DNA of 64,000 bases from Escherichia phage vB_EcoS_I14: the sequence record PP892525.1. One strand, written 5' to 3'. Under the pieces are notes generated by a model that was given only the letters and a program-made list of their open reading frames with translations, was not told where the DNA came from and ran no database searches. Both the position numbers and the translations under genes were made by a program. Each line of letters begins with the position of its first letter. Position 1 is the first letter of the stretch. Positions 45,857 to 54,696 of the stretch are shown here, piece after piece.

Positions 45857-45943
45857 GCTGGGTTGGCAGAATGGTTGAATGCACCTGATTTGTAATCAGG
45901 AGGAGTAATCCCGTTGCAGGTTCGAATCCTGTGCCCAGCACCA
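45857..45943 (+). tRNA. tRNA with TGT anticodon (Thr) and long variable region, tentative
   Basis: Acceptor GCTGGGT/GCCCAGC; anticodon stem CCTGA/TCAGG, loop TTTGTAA; T-arm GCAGG-TTCGAAT-CCTGT; CCA encoded; 87 nt. Confidence 0.55.
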
Positions 45944-45957
45944 ACTTAAGGACTAGT

Positions 45958-46125
45958 ATGTTTAAACTGTTAGTAGTTATCTGGTATAGTCAATCAAATA
46001 GAGCGAATACCTCCCACGTTATAGACTTTAATACTAAAAATGAAGCTGAAAAAGCATACGCTAATTTAATAGAACGTAATAAAGAATCTCGTAGTATAGT
46101 TTATGAAGTGACTAAACTTTATTAA
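45958..46125 (+). CDS. hypothetical small protein
   Basis: ATG 45958 after AAGGA; the track ORF starts at 45931 inside a tRNA. Confidence 0.35.
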   Translation: MFKLLVVIWYSQSNRANTSHVIDFNTKNEAEKAYANLIERNKESRSIVYEVTKLY

Positions 46126-46133
46126 AAATTCAT

Positions 46134-46162
46134 TTGCCTTCTCTCTTATTTCTTGTTATAAT
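46134..46162 (+). promoter_or_regulatory. sigma70-type early promoter
   Basis: TTGCCT-17bp-TATAAT, then TATAAATTAATGAGAGGG. Confidence 0.7.
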
Positions 46163-46192
46163 ATTTATATAAATTAATGAGAGGGAAACCAA

Positions 46193-46486
46193 ATGAAACG
46201 TTATATTTCTGTTATGTTCCAAACTGGTGGTCAACGCTATACATATGAATTTCCATCTTCTTGGAAAATCAAAGAAGGTGATCAAGTAGTTGTACTAACA
46301 CCTCGTGATGGGTACAAGGTAGTAACGGTTAAGCAAGTCTTCCCAAAAGATTATACGCCATCTAAGTCTATTAATTATAAAATGATTCATGGTGTAGTTC
46401 GTCAAGTACCACGAGCGGAAGTCGAAATCAAAGTAGATAAAGATGGTAAACTTAAATATACCTCTTGCTTAGAAGAGTTGCTATAA
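46193..46486 (+). CDS. hypothetical protein
   Basis: 97 aa ORF after promoter 46134-46162. Confidence 0.5.
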   Translation: MKRYISVMFQTGGQRYTYEFPSSWKIKEGDQVVVLTPRDGYKVVTVKQVFPKDYTPSKSINYKMIHGVVRQVPRAEVEIKVDKDGKLKYTSCLEELL

Positions 46487-46692
46487 TGAGGATTACTTTT
46501 ACAGAAAAGATCATGAGTAATGGTGTTATGATCATTACTGCATGGGATGGTAATCAGTGGTGTAGTGTCTCAGGTATTAAGCCTGAAGAACAAACACTAG
46601 ATAATATCTCAAAGATTAAGCGAAGAATGACAGAACGTGCACGACTTCCAGGTGCACCTAGAAATGGCAAACGTTCTGCTGCAAAATGTTAA
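46486..46692 (+). CDS. hypothetical protein
   Basis: ATG 46486; the track ORF starts at TTG 46465. Confidence 0.4.
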   Translation: MRITFTEKIMSNGVMIITAWDGNQWCSVSGIKPEEQTLDNISKIKRRMTERARLPGAPRNGKRSAAKC

Positions 46693-46693
46693 T

Positions 46694-46770
46694 GCTTCGG
46701 TAGCTTAGCGATCTAAAGCACTCGGCTGATAACCGAGAGATCGGGGGTTTAAATCCCTCCCGGAGTACCA
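46694..46770 (+). tRNA. tRNA-Ile(GAT)
   Basis: Acceptor GCTTCGG/CCGGAGT; D-stem GCTT/AAGC; anticodon stem CTCGG/CCGAG, loop CTGATAA; CCA encoded. Confidence 0.7.
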
Positions 46771-46866
46771 AATTTAGGAATTAAGACTATGCGTCCAGGA
46801 AAGTTTAAAAAAGCTAATTGGTCTAAAGAGTATAAAGAATACTTACTTAGTCTAGTAAAACATAAT

Positions 46867-46942
46867 AGTTAGTTGGCAGAGTGGTTATGCACCTCCTTCA
46901 TACGGAGCGACTACAGTGGTTCAAATCCACTACTAACTACCA
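46867..46942 (+). tRNA. tRNA with CAT anticodon (Met or Ile2), tentative
   Basis: Perfect acceptor AGTTAGT/ACTAACT; anticodon loop TTCATAC; T-arm AGTGG-TTCAAAT-CCACT; CCA encoded. Confidence 0.6.
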
Positions 46943-46979
46943 TTAAAAGAGCTAGAGATAGCTAACTTTAGGAGCAGCT

Positions 46980-47174
46980 ATGTTAACAATTAAAATAATG
47001 TCAGCCAAGAATGGGGAACAGATTCATACAGGCAAAAGTGTAAGCTTTAATCCTAGAAATAAAAGACTGGCTATAGTTGGAGTAGACCAAGCCATCTTTT
47101 TAAAAGAAGATGAAGTAGCATATGTCATGAACCAAACTGGTAAGACAGTTTCCGTATACTATGGAAAAGTATAA
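46980..47174 (+). CDS. hypothetical protein
   Basis: 64 aa ORF. Confidence 0.4.
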   Translation: MLTIKIMSAKNGEQIHTGKSVSFNPRNKRLAIVGVDQAIFLKEDEVAYVMNQTGKTVSVYYGKV

Positions 47175-47216
47175 AGAATAAATAGCTGAGCCAAATTCTA
47201 ACATCGGGGAGATCTA

Positions 47217-47585
47217 ATGAAAGCATATCAAAACCTTAAATCTGGCGTAATTAATATTGTTCATAATAATCAGATCATTCAGCTATACTCCGACAACGGT
47301 GAACTTAAACAGAAAGTTCTAGTTGAAGATCTAGAAGGTATCACACCACAATTCGATCCTGAAGCCTTCCGTGAAGTTAAGGTGGAAGTCGCCCCTCAAA
47401 TCGAAGGTGGTCAGCACCTAAATGTCAATGTGTTAAGCCGTGATCAGCTTTTGGATGCGCAGAAACACCCTGAAAAATATCCTCAGTTGACCATCCGTGT
47501 CTCTGGCTACGCTGTTCGATTTAATGCACTGACTCGTGAACAACAGAACGACGTTATTAGTCGTACATTTACTCAGGCGATGTAA
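47217..47585 (+). CDS. hypothetical protein
   Basis: 122 aa ORF. Confidence 0.5.
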   Translation: MKAYQNLKSGVINIVHNNQIIQLYSDNGELKQKVLVEDLEGITPQFDPEAFREVKVEVAPQIEGGQHLNVNVLSRDQLLDAQKHPEKYPQLTIRVSGYAVRFNALTREQQNDVISRTFTQAM

Positions 47586-47666
47586 TGGGGTTTGGATACG
47601 ATTTCTCCCAGCTACGCAAGGTAGTCGAGCAAACTCCGTTTATCTCCCAAGTTTTAGGAGAAATGT

Positions 47667-47972
47667 GTGGATCGAGCATTAAGACGTCATCACAGGCAAC
47701 GTGTAAAGAACAACCGCAAGAAGTACTGGACAGTCTTTCCACATGAAGAAAGCCCTAAGCGGTTAGGTATTATCACTACTACTCCTTGCATCTGTTCTTG
47801 TTGGATGTGTGGGAACCCTCGCAAGTACTATAAGAATAGTAAAGCAGGCATGAAAACCTCGGAGATCAGGAAAATGGAAGCGATGATTGCGGGCATCACC
47901 TATACTGGTGGTATTTCAAATGATGAATTTGATGGCTTTGTGTCGTTCGAAGATGAACGCCCCGATCTGTAA
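47667..47972 (+). CDS. hypothetical basic Cys-containing protein
   Basis: 101 aa ORF followed by a terminator hairpin. Confidence 0.45.
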   Translation: MDRALRRHHRQRVKNNRKKYWTVFPHEESPKRLGIITTTPCICSCWMCGNPRKYYKNSKAGMKTSEIRKMEAMIAGITYTGGISNDEFDGFVSFEDERPDL

Positions 47973-47980
47973 TTAATAAC

Positions 47981-48018
47981 AAACCCCAGCTATTGAATAA
48001 GTAGTCTGGGGTTTTTCT
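47981..48018 (+). terminator. intrinsic terminator
   Basis: AAACCCCAG...CTGGGGTTT hairpin followed by TTTT. Confidence 0.6.
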
Positions 48019-48093
48019 GTATAAAGGTACATAATATATGTATAATAAAATTCATCCACATTAGGTTAATTTAAAAGACTTAATGGAGGTAAT

Positions 48094-48441
48094 ATGAGCC
48101 GTACTTATCGTAAACAATCTGGTGATCAGTGGTGGAAGTCTAAAGAACACTTCTCTCAAGAATATTCTTTCTTCAAAGAAAATGGCTACTGGATTCGTGT
48201 TATTTATCCCAAATCCTGGGACGACATCAAAAAAGAAATGAAGGAAGCAACCATTCGTAATGAGAAAAAGGATGGTTATAACTGGAATTCCATTAGTAAG
48301 AATGTTAAGTGGCACTCTAATAAAATGGTTCGTCAAGGGAATCGTCAAGAACTTCACCGCGTGATGAAAGATCCAGAAAATTACGACTATAATCGCGATC
48401 ATGACATGCGTAAGCGTGGGTTATGGTGGTGCTATGACTAA
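48094..48441 (+). CDS. hypothetical protein
   Basis: 115 aa Trp-rich ORF. Confidence 0.5.
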   Translation: MSRTYRKQSGDQWWKSKEHFSQEYSFFKENGYWIRVIYPKSWDDIKKEMKEATIRNEKKDGYNWNSISKNVKWHSNKMVRQGNRQELHRVMKDPENYDYNRDHDMRKRGLWWCYD

Positions 48442-48458
48442 ATTCTGAAATAATTCAT

Positions 48459-48487
48459 TTGCTAAACCTCTCTTTTCTTGCTATAAT
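48459..48487 (+). promoter_or_regulatory. sigma70-type early promoter
   Basis: TTGCTA-17bp-TATAAT, then TATAAATTGATGAGAGAGG. Confidence 0.7.
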
Positions 48488-48517
48488 ATGTTTATAAATT
48501 GATGAGAGAGGTTTGAA

Positions 48518-48799
48518 ATGAAAACTCGTCTAGACTGTGCTGTTCATGTTCTTGAGCATGATGTTGCTGGAACCTGTATGTCTTACCACGAAGCAGGTCG
48601 TTTAATTAAAGAACGTGTGGCAGATGTGTGTGGATTGAAGATTACTGCTGAGGAAGCTGATGATCTTTTAGGTCAAGCACTGGAGAAAACTGAAATGTTC
48701 CTCTGCGATTCTTGTTCTTGGTGGGGTGAAGCTCACGAACGTTCTTTCAACGATTATGATGTATGTCGTGATTGTAGTGGGGAGGATGAAGATGAATAA
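48518..48799 (+). CDS. hypothetical Cys-rich acidic protein
   Basis: 93 aa ORF after promoter 48459-48487. Confidence 0.5.
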   Translation: MKTRLDCAVHVLEHDVAGTCMSYHEAGRLIKERVADVCGLKITAEEADDLLGQALEKTEMFLCDSCSWWGEAHERSFNDYDVCRDCSGEDEDE

Positions 48800-49091
48800 G
48801 TTTATTATTGCACTGATGATCTCCGCAGTTAGTTTCGGTTCTCTGGCGTCTACCAAAGTTTCTATGAAAAATGGTAATGTTAAAGTTCAACAGAACGGCA
48901 TTATTACCGAGTATGGTAAAGTTCGTGATGTTAAGGAACGTAATGGTAAAGTAGAAATATATACTAATAAAAACTTCTCTACTCCAGCCGTTACTATTAG
49001 CAAACGCGGTGAAATAACCACTCAACGTACTAATAGCTCCAGTTCTTTTACTTGTCGTTATGATTGCGACTTTGAAGGTGAAGATGAATAA
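48792..49091 (+). CDS. hypothetical secreted protein
   Basis: Signal-peptide-like MNKFIIALMISAVSFGSLAS from ATG 48792; the track ORF starts at 48726. Confidence 0.5.
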   Translation: MNKFIIALMISAVSFGSLASTKVSMKNGNVKVQQNGIITEYGKVRDVKERNGKVEIYTNKNFSTPAVTISKRGEITTQRTNSSSSFTCRYDCDFEGEDE

Positions 49092-49479
49092 TTTAGACCC
49101 TAGAATTAAATTTGCAATTACAGAAATCCAAGATCAAATTGATGAGGACTTCACCGTTTGGTCAAGGTCTGGTAATGGAGAATATTGCCAGCTTTATAGC
49201 ATGAAAATGGGTATCTCAATTGAGCTTAATATCAACTCTGAAGGTAGAGTAGAAGCCCAACCCATGTTCAGTGTTCCAGGCTTCTCTGGATTTGTTGCAG
49301 GTATAAAATTGTGTCTACCAAATAACCATCTTCATCGAGTTATTTGTCAGCTAGAGACTATTAAGCATTTCTTGCCAGAAGATAACATTAATGACTACTA
49401 CCACGAAGTTGTAGCAGCTCATATGATGAAAGAATCTAAACGTCGGAGAGAAGAACGTGAAAAGACTAAACATCAATAG
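49084..49479 (+). CDS. hypothetical protein
   Basis: ATG 49084 in the same GAAGATGAATAA junction as the previous gene; the track ORF starts at 49060. Confidence 0.45.
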   Translation: MNNLDPRIKFAITEIQDQIDEDFTVWSRSGNGEYCQLYSMKMGISIELNINSEGRVEAQPMFSVPGFSGFVAGIKLCLPNNHLHRVICQLETIKHFLPEDNINDYYHEVVAAHMMKESKRRREEREKTKHQ

Positions 49480-49753
49480 CACGGTGCAGATTCCAGCAAC
49501 TAAGGATGTTTTAACATTCCTACGAAGTGAAAACGCTCAGTTTTGGCATGATCATGTTGTAAAGAACGGTAGTACTCCAGATGTAGTTGCCTTTGCCAAA
49601 AAACGTATCGAGGAGTATAAAGATCCAGAGATTAAAGATGGTACGATAACTATGCAGTTATGGGTAGCCATGCAAACCTTTGGCCCCACAATGCGTTTAG
49701 GAAATATCCCATTATTTACAAATATTTTAATTAATGAAAAGGATCTGAAATGA
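49457..49753 (+). CDS. hypothetical protein
   Basis: 98 aa ORF. Confidence 0.45.
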   Translation: MKRLNINSTVQIPATKDVLTFLRSENAQFWHDHVVKNGSTPDVVAFAKKRIEEYKDPEIKDGTITMQLWVAMQTFGPTMRLGNIPLFTNILINEKDLK

Positions 49754-50034
49754 TTATCTCTCCATTTGCTCTTTGGTTCGTCATTGGATCTATAGTAGCT
49801 ATTTACAGCTTGGTTGATGATCTGTATATTTCTAAGAATAAAGATGTAATATTATACGTTATACATAAAACTCGACCGTTAGATCTGCCTCCTCTTGATG
49901 ATAAAACATTACTCAGATGTGCTAGATCTATGATATTTATTGTAGATATTCTTCTAGGCCCAACATCTGTGTTTTTCTTTTATAGAAAGACTCGTAATAT
50001 GAAAAAATTTAAAGCTGAAATGCAGAATACCTAA
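49750..50034 (+). CDS. hypothetical membrane protein
   Basis: 94 aa with hydrophobic segments. Confidence 0.45.
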   Translation: MIISPFALWFVIGSIVAIYSLVDDLYISKNKDVILYVIHKTRPLDLPPLDDKTLLRCARSMIFIVDILLGPTSVFFFYRKTRNMKKFKAEMQNT

Positions 50035-50143
50035 AGAACTCGCGTAGGACCGAGTTGCGTCACCTGCAACTGTTACGGATAAGGGAGTCGTGCCCCTTAG
50101 TGCGGTAAGTGGTGAGGTGGCTGCTAGCCCTAACTGGAGATAA

Positions 50144-50489
50144 TATGACTACATTACTAATTCTTGTTACAACTTGGTTTTTAATCGGTGCTGGATATGC
50201 GATAGCTATTATTAGACATCTGGACGAATATTCTGCTGAATGGTTTGTTAAGTATCTACGTATTGATGATCAAGAACAGAAGTTTAAAGATGAAAAGCAG
50301 AAAAAAGCAGTAAATAATATGACAGCCAAAGAATGCTTGTTCTACATGCGTATTGTAGGGTTCTTTGGACTATTAGTTGCTGGCCCAATTGGTTCTACCA
50401 TTGCCCCATATAAAGAAACAGTTGCTGACATCAAATTGTGGAGAAATGCAGGGGTACTACGCAAAGCTAGAGAAACTAATATTACATAA
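50144..50489 (+). CDS. hypothetical membrane protein
   Basis: ATG 50144 after GGAGATAAT; the track ORF starts at 50109. Confidence 0.45.
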
Positions 50490-50533
50490 GATTGATACTA
50501 AATCAACTTACTAGCAAAAGCAAATAATGACAA

Positions 50534-50570
50534 AGCCCAGCCTGCACTTTTGCGACTGGGCTATTTTTAT
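50534..50570 (+). terminator. terminator-like hairpin
   Basis: AGCCCAG...CTGGGCT stem with a long loop, followed by ATTTTTAT. Confidence 0.5.
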
Positions 50571-50583
50571 AATAAAATTTTAG

Positions 50584-50612
50584 TTGCTTAGATGCCCAAA
50601 TTTTTGTATAAT
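50584..50612 (+). promoter_or_regulatory. sigma70-type early promoter
   Basis: TTGCTT-17bp-TATAAT. Confidence 0.7.
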
Positions 50613-50643
50613 ATGTTTATAGATTGAGGCAAGAGGATTAAAT

Positions 50644-51342
50644 ATGAGGATCATTTCTAAATTCGCCGATGTATATGATTTGCAGAACAGTTTATTTGAT
50701 GCAGATCGTGTTTGGGAGCGTAAAACTGAAGAGCTACTGGTTAAAGTAACCGATGATGCAGAAAAGAACATTGTGCATACTCGCCAGGTATTTCGTGATG
50801 GCTCACTATCCTTTCGTGGTGATTTCGAATATTTTGTAAACCCACTATTTGTTGCAGGTGAAGTTTACTGGTTGCACGAGCTGTACTGCTGGCATCCAGC
50901 ATTTAGCTTCAAAACGTTTAATCTCGACACTATGTTCGATAAAATGGAAGAGATGGGATTACATGCTCGCTCTTACTTAATGGATAAGAGTCGCGGAGAT
51001 GTTCGTGAAACAATGCGTGATTTGCTCGCTGAAGCAAAACCTAAAGCAGAACGTATCTTATCCGAACTGCGTGTACCGATTGCATATGTGAAAGGTATTA
51101 AGAAGAACGATAACGATGATGTTCGTAACTTCGTGATTCAGACTAATATTCGTTTCCATCAGTCAGGTATTCCGTGGCAGGAAATTGAAAGTAACTTATA
51201 CCGTTTACACCAAGTTCTCGAACAGTATATCTTCGGTGTACTAGGAACTGGTGAGCCTGATATGATTAAAGTATCAGATAAAGACAGGTTAGCAGCGCAT
51301 GGATTTGATACAAAAACTTCTTTCAGGAATATGGCACGGTAA
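50644..51342 (+). CDS. hypothetical protein
   Basis: 232 aa ORF after promoter 50584-50612. Confidence 0.5.
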   Translation: MRIISKFADVYDLQNSLFDADRVWERKTEELLVKVTDDAEKNIVHTRQVFRDGSLSFRGDFEYFVNPLFVAGEVYWLHELYCWHPAFSFKTFNLDTMFDKMEEMGLHARSYLMDKSRGDVRETMRDLLAEAKPKAERILSELRVPIAYVKGIKKNDNDDVRNFVIQTNIRFHQSGIPWQEIESNLYRLHQVLEQYIFGVLGTGEPDMIKVSDKDRLAAHGFDTKTSFRNMAR

Positions 51343-51748
51343 GTGGTATATCCTGGGAGCAGGTCTAGCGATAGGCATCGGGTTCGGTGCGTATCACTTA
51401 GTAAATAAAGTGGAGACTTTAGCGGGAGATCTTGCGGTAGCTACTAAAAAGATTTCCTCTCTAGAGACTTCCCTTAATAAGGTGAAAGCTGAAAGTGAAC
51501 TTCGTGAGACTAGAATGAATCAGTATTTCACAGTGAATAATATTTCGCAAGCAGATCTAGACAAAAAGATTAAGCAGTTAGATAAAGCTCTTAGTCGACA
51601 AGATATTATAGCTGCAAAGCCTGGATTGGTAACATTAATTGCTAAAAAGCAGAGTAAAGAGTTCGAGGAAAGATTAGCGTGTTTAACTGGAAACTTGGAA
51701 TACTGCTCGCAGCCGCAATCACAATCACAGGCTGTGCAGAAGAAATAA
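51299..51748 (+). CDS. membrane-anchored coiled-coil protein (candidate i-spanin-like)
   Basis: 149 aa; N-terminal TM WYILGAGLAIGIGFGAYHLV then coiled coil; 3' end overlaps the lipoprotein ORF. Confidence 0.4.
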   Translation: MDLIQKLLSGIWHGKWYILGAGLAIGIGFGAYHLVNKVETLAGDLAVATKKISSLETSLNKVKAESELRETRMNQYFTVNNISQADLDKKIKQLDKALSRQDIIAAKPGLVTLIAKKQSKEFEERLACLTGNLEYCSQPQSQSQAVQKK

Positions 51749-52032
51749 AACCAGAGCCATCTCATGAGTTAAAGCAAGCTCATGTAGACTGGCCTAAAGG
51801 ACTTCAACCTTGTAGCTTTGACTTTAAGTTTGAAAAGAAATTAGCTACAAATGGAGAAGATGGCGTAGTAGTTGTTGTACCATACAAAGATTGGAATGCA
51901 AAAGCAAAATGTGAGGAAGCAGTTTACTCTTACATTTCACGACTGACTGGTATGGTTTGCTTCTATCGCCAAGATTTACAAGAAAAACGTTGCTTAGTTT
52001 ACTATCCACCAATTAACAATAGGAAAGATTAA
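51679..52032 (+). CDS. lipoprotein (candidate o-spanin-like)
   Basis: 117 aa; signal peptide with lipobox ITGC; start embedded in the 3' end of 51299-51748. Confidence 0.45.
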   Translation: MFNWKLGILLAAAITITGCAEEIKPEPSHELKQAHVDWPKGLQPCSFDFKFEKKLATNGEDGVVVVVPYKDWNAKAKCEEAVYSYISRLTGMVCFYRQDLQEKRCLVYYPPINNRKD

Positions 52033-52784
52033 TGTCAGTATTAGTCGGTTTACATGGTGAAGCTGGTTCGGGAAAAGATACCGTTGCAAAATTAATTATC
52101 GATTGGTGTAATGACACGTATCCAACATGTTTATCACGTCGTTATAGTTTTGCTAAGCCCGTTTATGAACTTGCATCCGTAATCCTCGGTGTAACTCCGG
52201 AGTTTCTAGGAGAGCGCAGGGGAAAAGAGATTGACCAATGGTTTACTGTCACACAATCTCAATTGGAGCGAGCCAGAGATGTGTGGTTTAAGTACGGTAT
52301 CGATAAGTTTGAAGACTTCTCGTACATTTGGCCTATTTTTGAGGAAAAGTATCTTAATCCTCAACAACTTATCTCAGAGAATAAAGAAGACGGACTTTAT
52401 AGTTTATTTATTTCTCCGAGAAAAATGTTACAGCTCGTAGGGACAGAGCTAGGAAGGCAGCTGGTGCATGAACGCATTTGGCTCATAATTCTGGAGCAAT
52501 CCATCGCTAAAGACGACCCAGATGTCGCCGTAATAACAGATGTTAGATTCCCCAATGAAGGAGAGTTACTCAGAGAAACAAACCATTTAGATATGGATTC
52601 TTTGATAGTAAATGTAGTACCCGCTGAGCAGAAGTTCACTATTAAATCAGATCATCCATCTGAAAGTGGTATTCCTGCAAAATATATTACGCACGAATTA
52701 GTTAATAAATTCGATGGTATCAATAACCTTAAACTAGAAGTTTATAACTTCTGTGACTTAGAGCTAGAACCACTAGTTGGATAA
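52032..52784 (+). CDS. dnk: deoxynucleoside monophosphate kinase
   Basis: 250 aa; P-loop GEAGSGKDT; size matches T5 dNMP kinase. Confidence 0.75.
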   Translation: MSVLVGLHGEAGSGKDTVAKLIIDWCNDTYPTCLSRRYSFAKPVYELASVILGVTPEFLGERRGKEIDQWFTVTQSQLERARDVWFKYGIDKFEDFSYIWPIFEEKYLNPQQLISENKEDGLYSLFISPRKMLQLVGTELGRQLVHERIWLIILEQSIAKDDPDVAVITDVRFPNEGELLRETNHLDMDSLIVNVVPAEQKFTIKSDHPSESGIPAKYITHELVNKFDGINNLKLEVYNFCDLELEPLVG

Positions 52785-52796
52785 TCAAGGATCGCT

Positions 52797-53396
52797 ATGA
52801 CTAATAAAAAAGAAGAAAAGACTAACCTGTTTCACTCCATTCGCCAATCTAATGAGTATACCTTTTTCTTTGATGAAGAATTAGGTCCACCTGATGAATA
52901 CCGTGATTTATCAATGGTACTTATGCAGGCAAATGAGGACGACGAAATTAATCTGATGATTAATGGCCCGGGTGGTTATGTTGATACTGCTGCACAGTTA
53001 TCTAACTTAATTGCTAATTGCCGTGGAACAGTTATAGGACATCTGGTTGGTCCTAGTGCTTCTGCTTACTGCACAATTTTTCTATCCTGTCATGGATGGG
53101 TAGTACACCCACATGCTACGCTAATGGGCCACACGTTCTCTGGTGGGTTCTGTGAGAAAGGTCAGGAAATCAAGAAAGCCTATGAATCTTACAACAAGTT
53201 TGTAGAAGATATGATGCTAGATGTCTACTATCCCTTTTTCTCAATAGATGAAATCGACGAGATGGTAAAAGACAACAAAAATATCTATCTAGATAGCAAG
53301 GAAATCCATAAGCGTATTGAAATCTTGGCGAAATATCGATCTGAGCAATATAATAAAGCCCAGTTACCTCAATCCGAGGAGCACAACGAAGAGTAA
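52797..53396 (+). CDS. ClpP-like serine peptidase family protein
   Basis: 199 aa; INGPGGYVDTAAQL resembles the ClpP INSPGG motif; candidate Ser in GPSASAY. Confidence 0.5.
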   Translation: MTNKKEEKTNLFHSIRQSNEYTFFFDEELGPPDEYRDLSMVLMQANEDDEINLMINGPGGYVDTAAQLSNLIANCRGTVIGHLVGPSASAYCTIFLSCHGWVVHPHATLMGHTFSGGFCEKGQEIKKAYESYNKFVEDMMLDVYYPFFSIDEIDEMVKDNKNIYLDSKEIHKRIEILAKYRSEQYNKAQLPQSEEHNEE

Positions 53397-53405
53397 GTAA
53401 TTTTA

Positions 53406-53437
53406 AGCCAGGGTTTAACGACCCTGGCTTTTCTTTT
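53406..53437 (+). terminator. intrinsic terminator after the ClpP-like gene
   Basis: AGCCAGGG-TTTAACGA-CCCTGGCT hairpin followed by TTTTCTTTT. Confidence 0.75.
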
Positions 53438-53499
53438 ATCTAAAATTCTTCTTGACAACGACAAAATTTTGTGCTCCAAAGAAAATCTTTAAAAACACA

Positions 53500-53528
53500 T
53501 TGTAATTTTCCTCCAAAATTAGTATAAT
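53500..53528 (+). promoter_or_regulatory. sigma70-type promoter upstream of holin
   Basis: TTGTAA-17bp-TATAAT; a TTGACA hexamer also lies at 53452-53457. Confidence 0.55.
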
Positions 53529-53552
53529 GGTACTGGTTAGAGGAGGTTACAA

Positions 53553-54209
53553 TTGGAAAAGTTCTTACAATTATTAACGGTACTGCTCCAAGAAGCGAAA
53601 GATCCAGCATCGCTTCTTAAACGTCTGCTAACTATCTTAGTTGCTGTCATTATTTTCTTATTTGTTAGTAATACTAGCGAGGTGATGTCATTCTTAAAGA
53701 CTTTCTCCACGTCTGCGGTTCTACAGGATGTTCAAACTCAAAGGATAGATAACTTTCCTAATGTAGCTAGAGAAAAGAGCATGGTACTCTTTTCTCAAAC
53801 GGGTGCGGATGCTGTTTTTGTAGTCAAGTATAAACCCGATGCCATTAATGATTATTCTAACATTATTGCATGGGAAAGCAATGCGCAATTAGATAGGGCT
53901 GACTTGGCCGATAAAGCAGTAAATAAAACGTCTGAGCTATACAGACGTCACTTAGAGGGCTTTAACTACGCATCGGATTTAAGTGTAAGAGTAAATAAAT
54001 ATACGGGGTTAAATATACCTGCGTTTAAGAACGTTACTTTTAATTACATATACACTTGTCCATATTTCAATCTAAACAATATCTATGCTGGATATATTGG
54101 TATTGCTTGGAAAGATAATCCTGTAGATGCAGCCGATTCTGAGAAATTTAAGGAATATTTAACAAAGCTCTGTTCTCCACAACAGAGATCTTTAGGTAGA
54201 TCAATATGA
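53553..54209 (+). CDS. holin-like membrane protein
   Basis: 218 aa; TM segment LLTILVAVIIFLFV; immediately upstream of endolysin; apparent TTG start after AGGAGG. Confidence 0.6.
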   Translation: MEKFLQLLTVLLQEAKDPASLLKRLLTILVAVIIFLFVSNTSEVMSFLKTFSTSAVLQDVQTQRIDNFPNVAREKSMVLFSQTGADAVFVVKYKPDAINDYSNIIAWESNAQLDRADLADKAVNKTSELYRRHLEGFNYASDLSVRVNKYTGLNIPAFKNVTFNYIYTCPYFNLNNIYAGYIGIAWKDNPVDAADSEKFKEYLTKLCSPQQRSLGRSI

Positions 54210-54619
54210 GTTTTAAATTTGGTAAAAATAGCGAAAAACAATTAGCTACCGTTAAGCCAGAGCTACAAAAAGTAGCTCGTAGAGCTTTAGAATTATCTCC
54301 ATATGATTTCACGATCGTACAGGGTATTCGTACAGTAGCACAAAGTGCCCAGAATATTGCTAATGGTACTTCATTTTTAAAAGATCCTAGTAAAAGCAAG
54401 CATATTACTGGGGATGCTCTTGATTTTGCTCCATACATTAATGGCAAGATTGATTGGAATGACTTAGAAGCATTTTGGGCAGTTAAAAAGGCTTTTGAAC
54501 AAGCAGGTAAAGAACTAGGCATTAAACTTCGTTTTGGTGCTGATTGGAATGCTTCGGGAGATTATCACGATGAAATAAAACGTGGTACCTATGATGGCGG
54601 TCATGTCGAACTAGTTTAA
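54206..54619 (+). CDS. endolysin, L-alanyl-D-glutamate peptidase type
   Basis: 137 aa, the size of T5 endolysin; His/Asp-rich C-terminus; followed by a strong terminator. Confidence 0.8.
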   Translation: MSFKFGKNSEKQLATVKPELQKVARRALELSPYDFTIVQGIRTVAQSAQNIANGTSFLKDPSKSKHITGDALDFAPYINGKIDWNDLEAFWAVKKAFEQAGKELGIKLRFGADWNASGDYHDEIKRGTYDGGHVELV

Positions 54620-54628
54620 TTAATAACT

Positions 54629-54653
54629 GAGGCGGGAATATTCCCGCCTTTTT
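54629..54653 (+). terminator. intrinsic terminator after endolysin
   Basis: GGCGGGA-ATAT-TCCCGCC hairpin followed by TTTTT. Confidence 0.8.
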
Positions 54654-54696
54654 AGGCAAAGGGGGCTTTAATAATTTTTGAAGATAGGAGAAAGCC

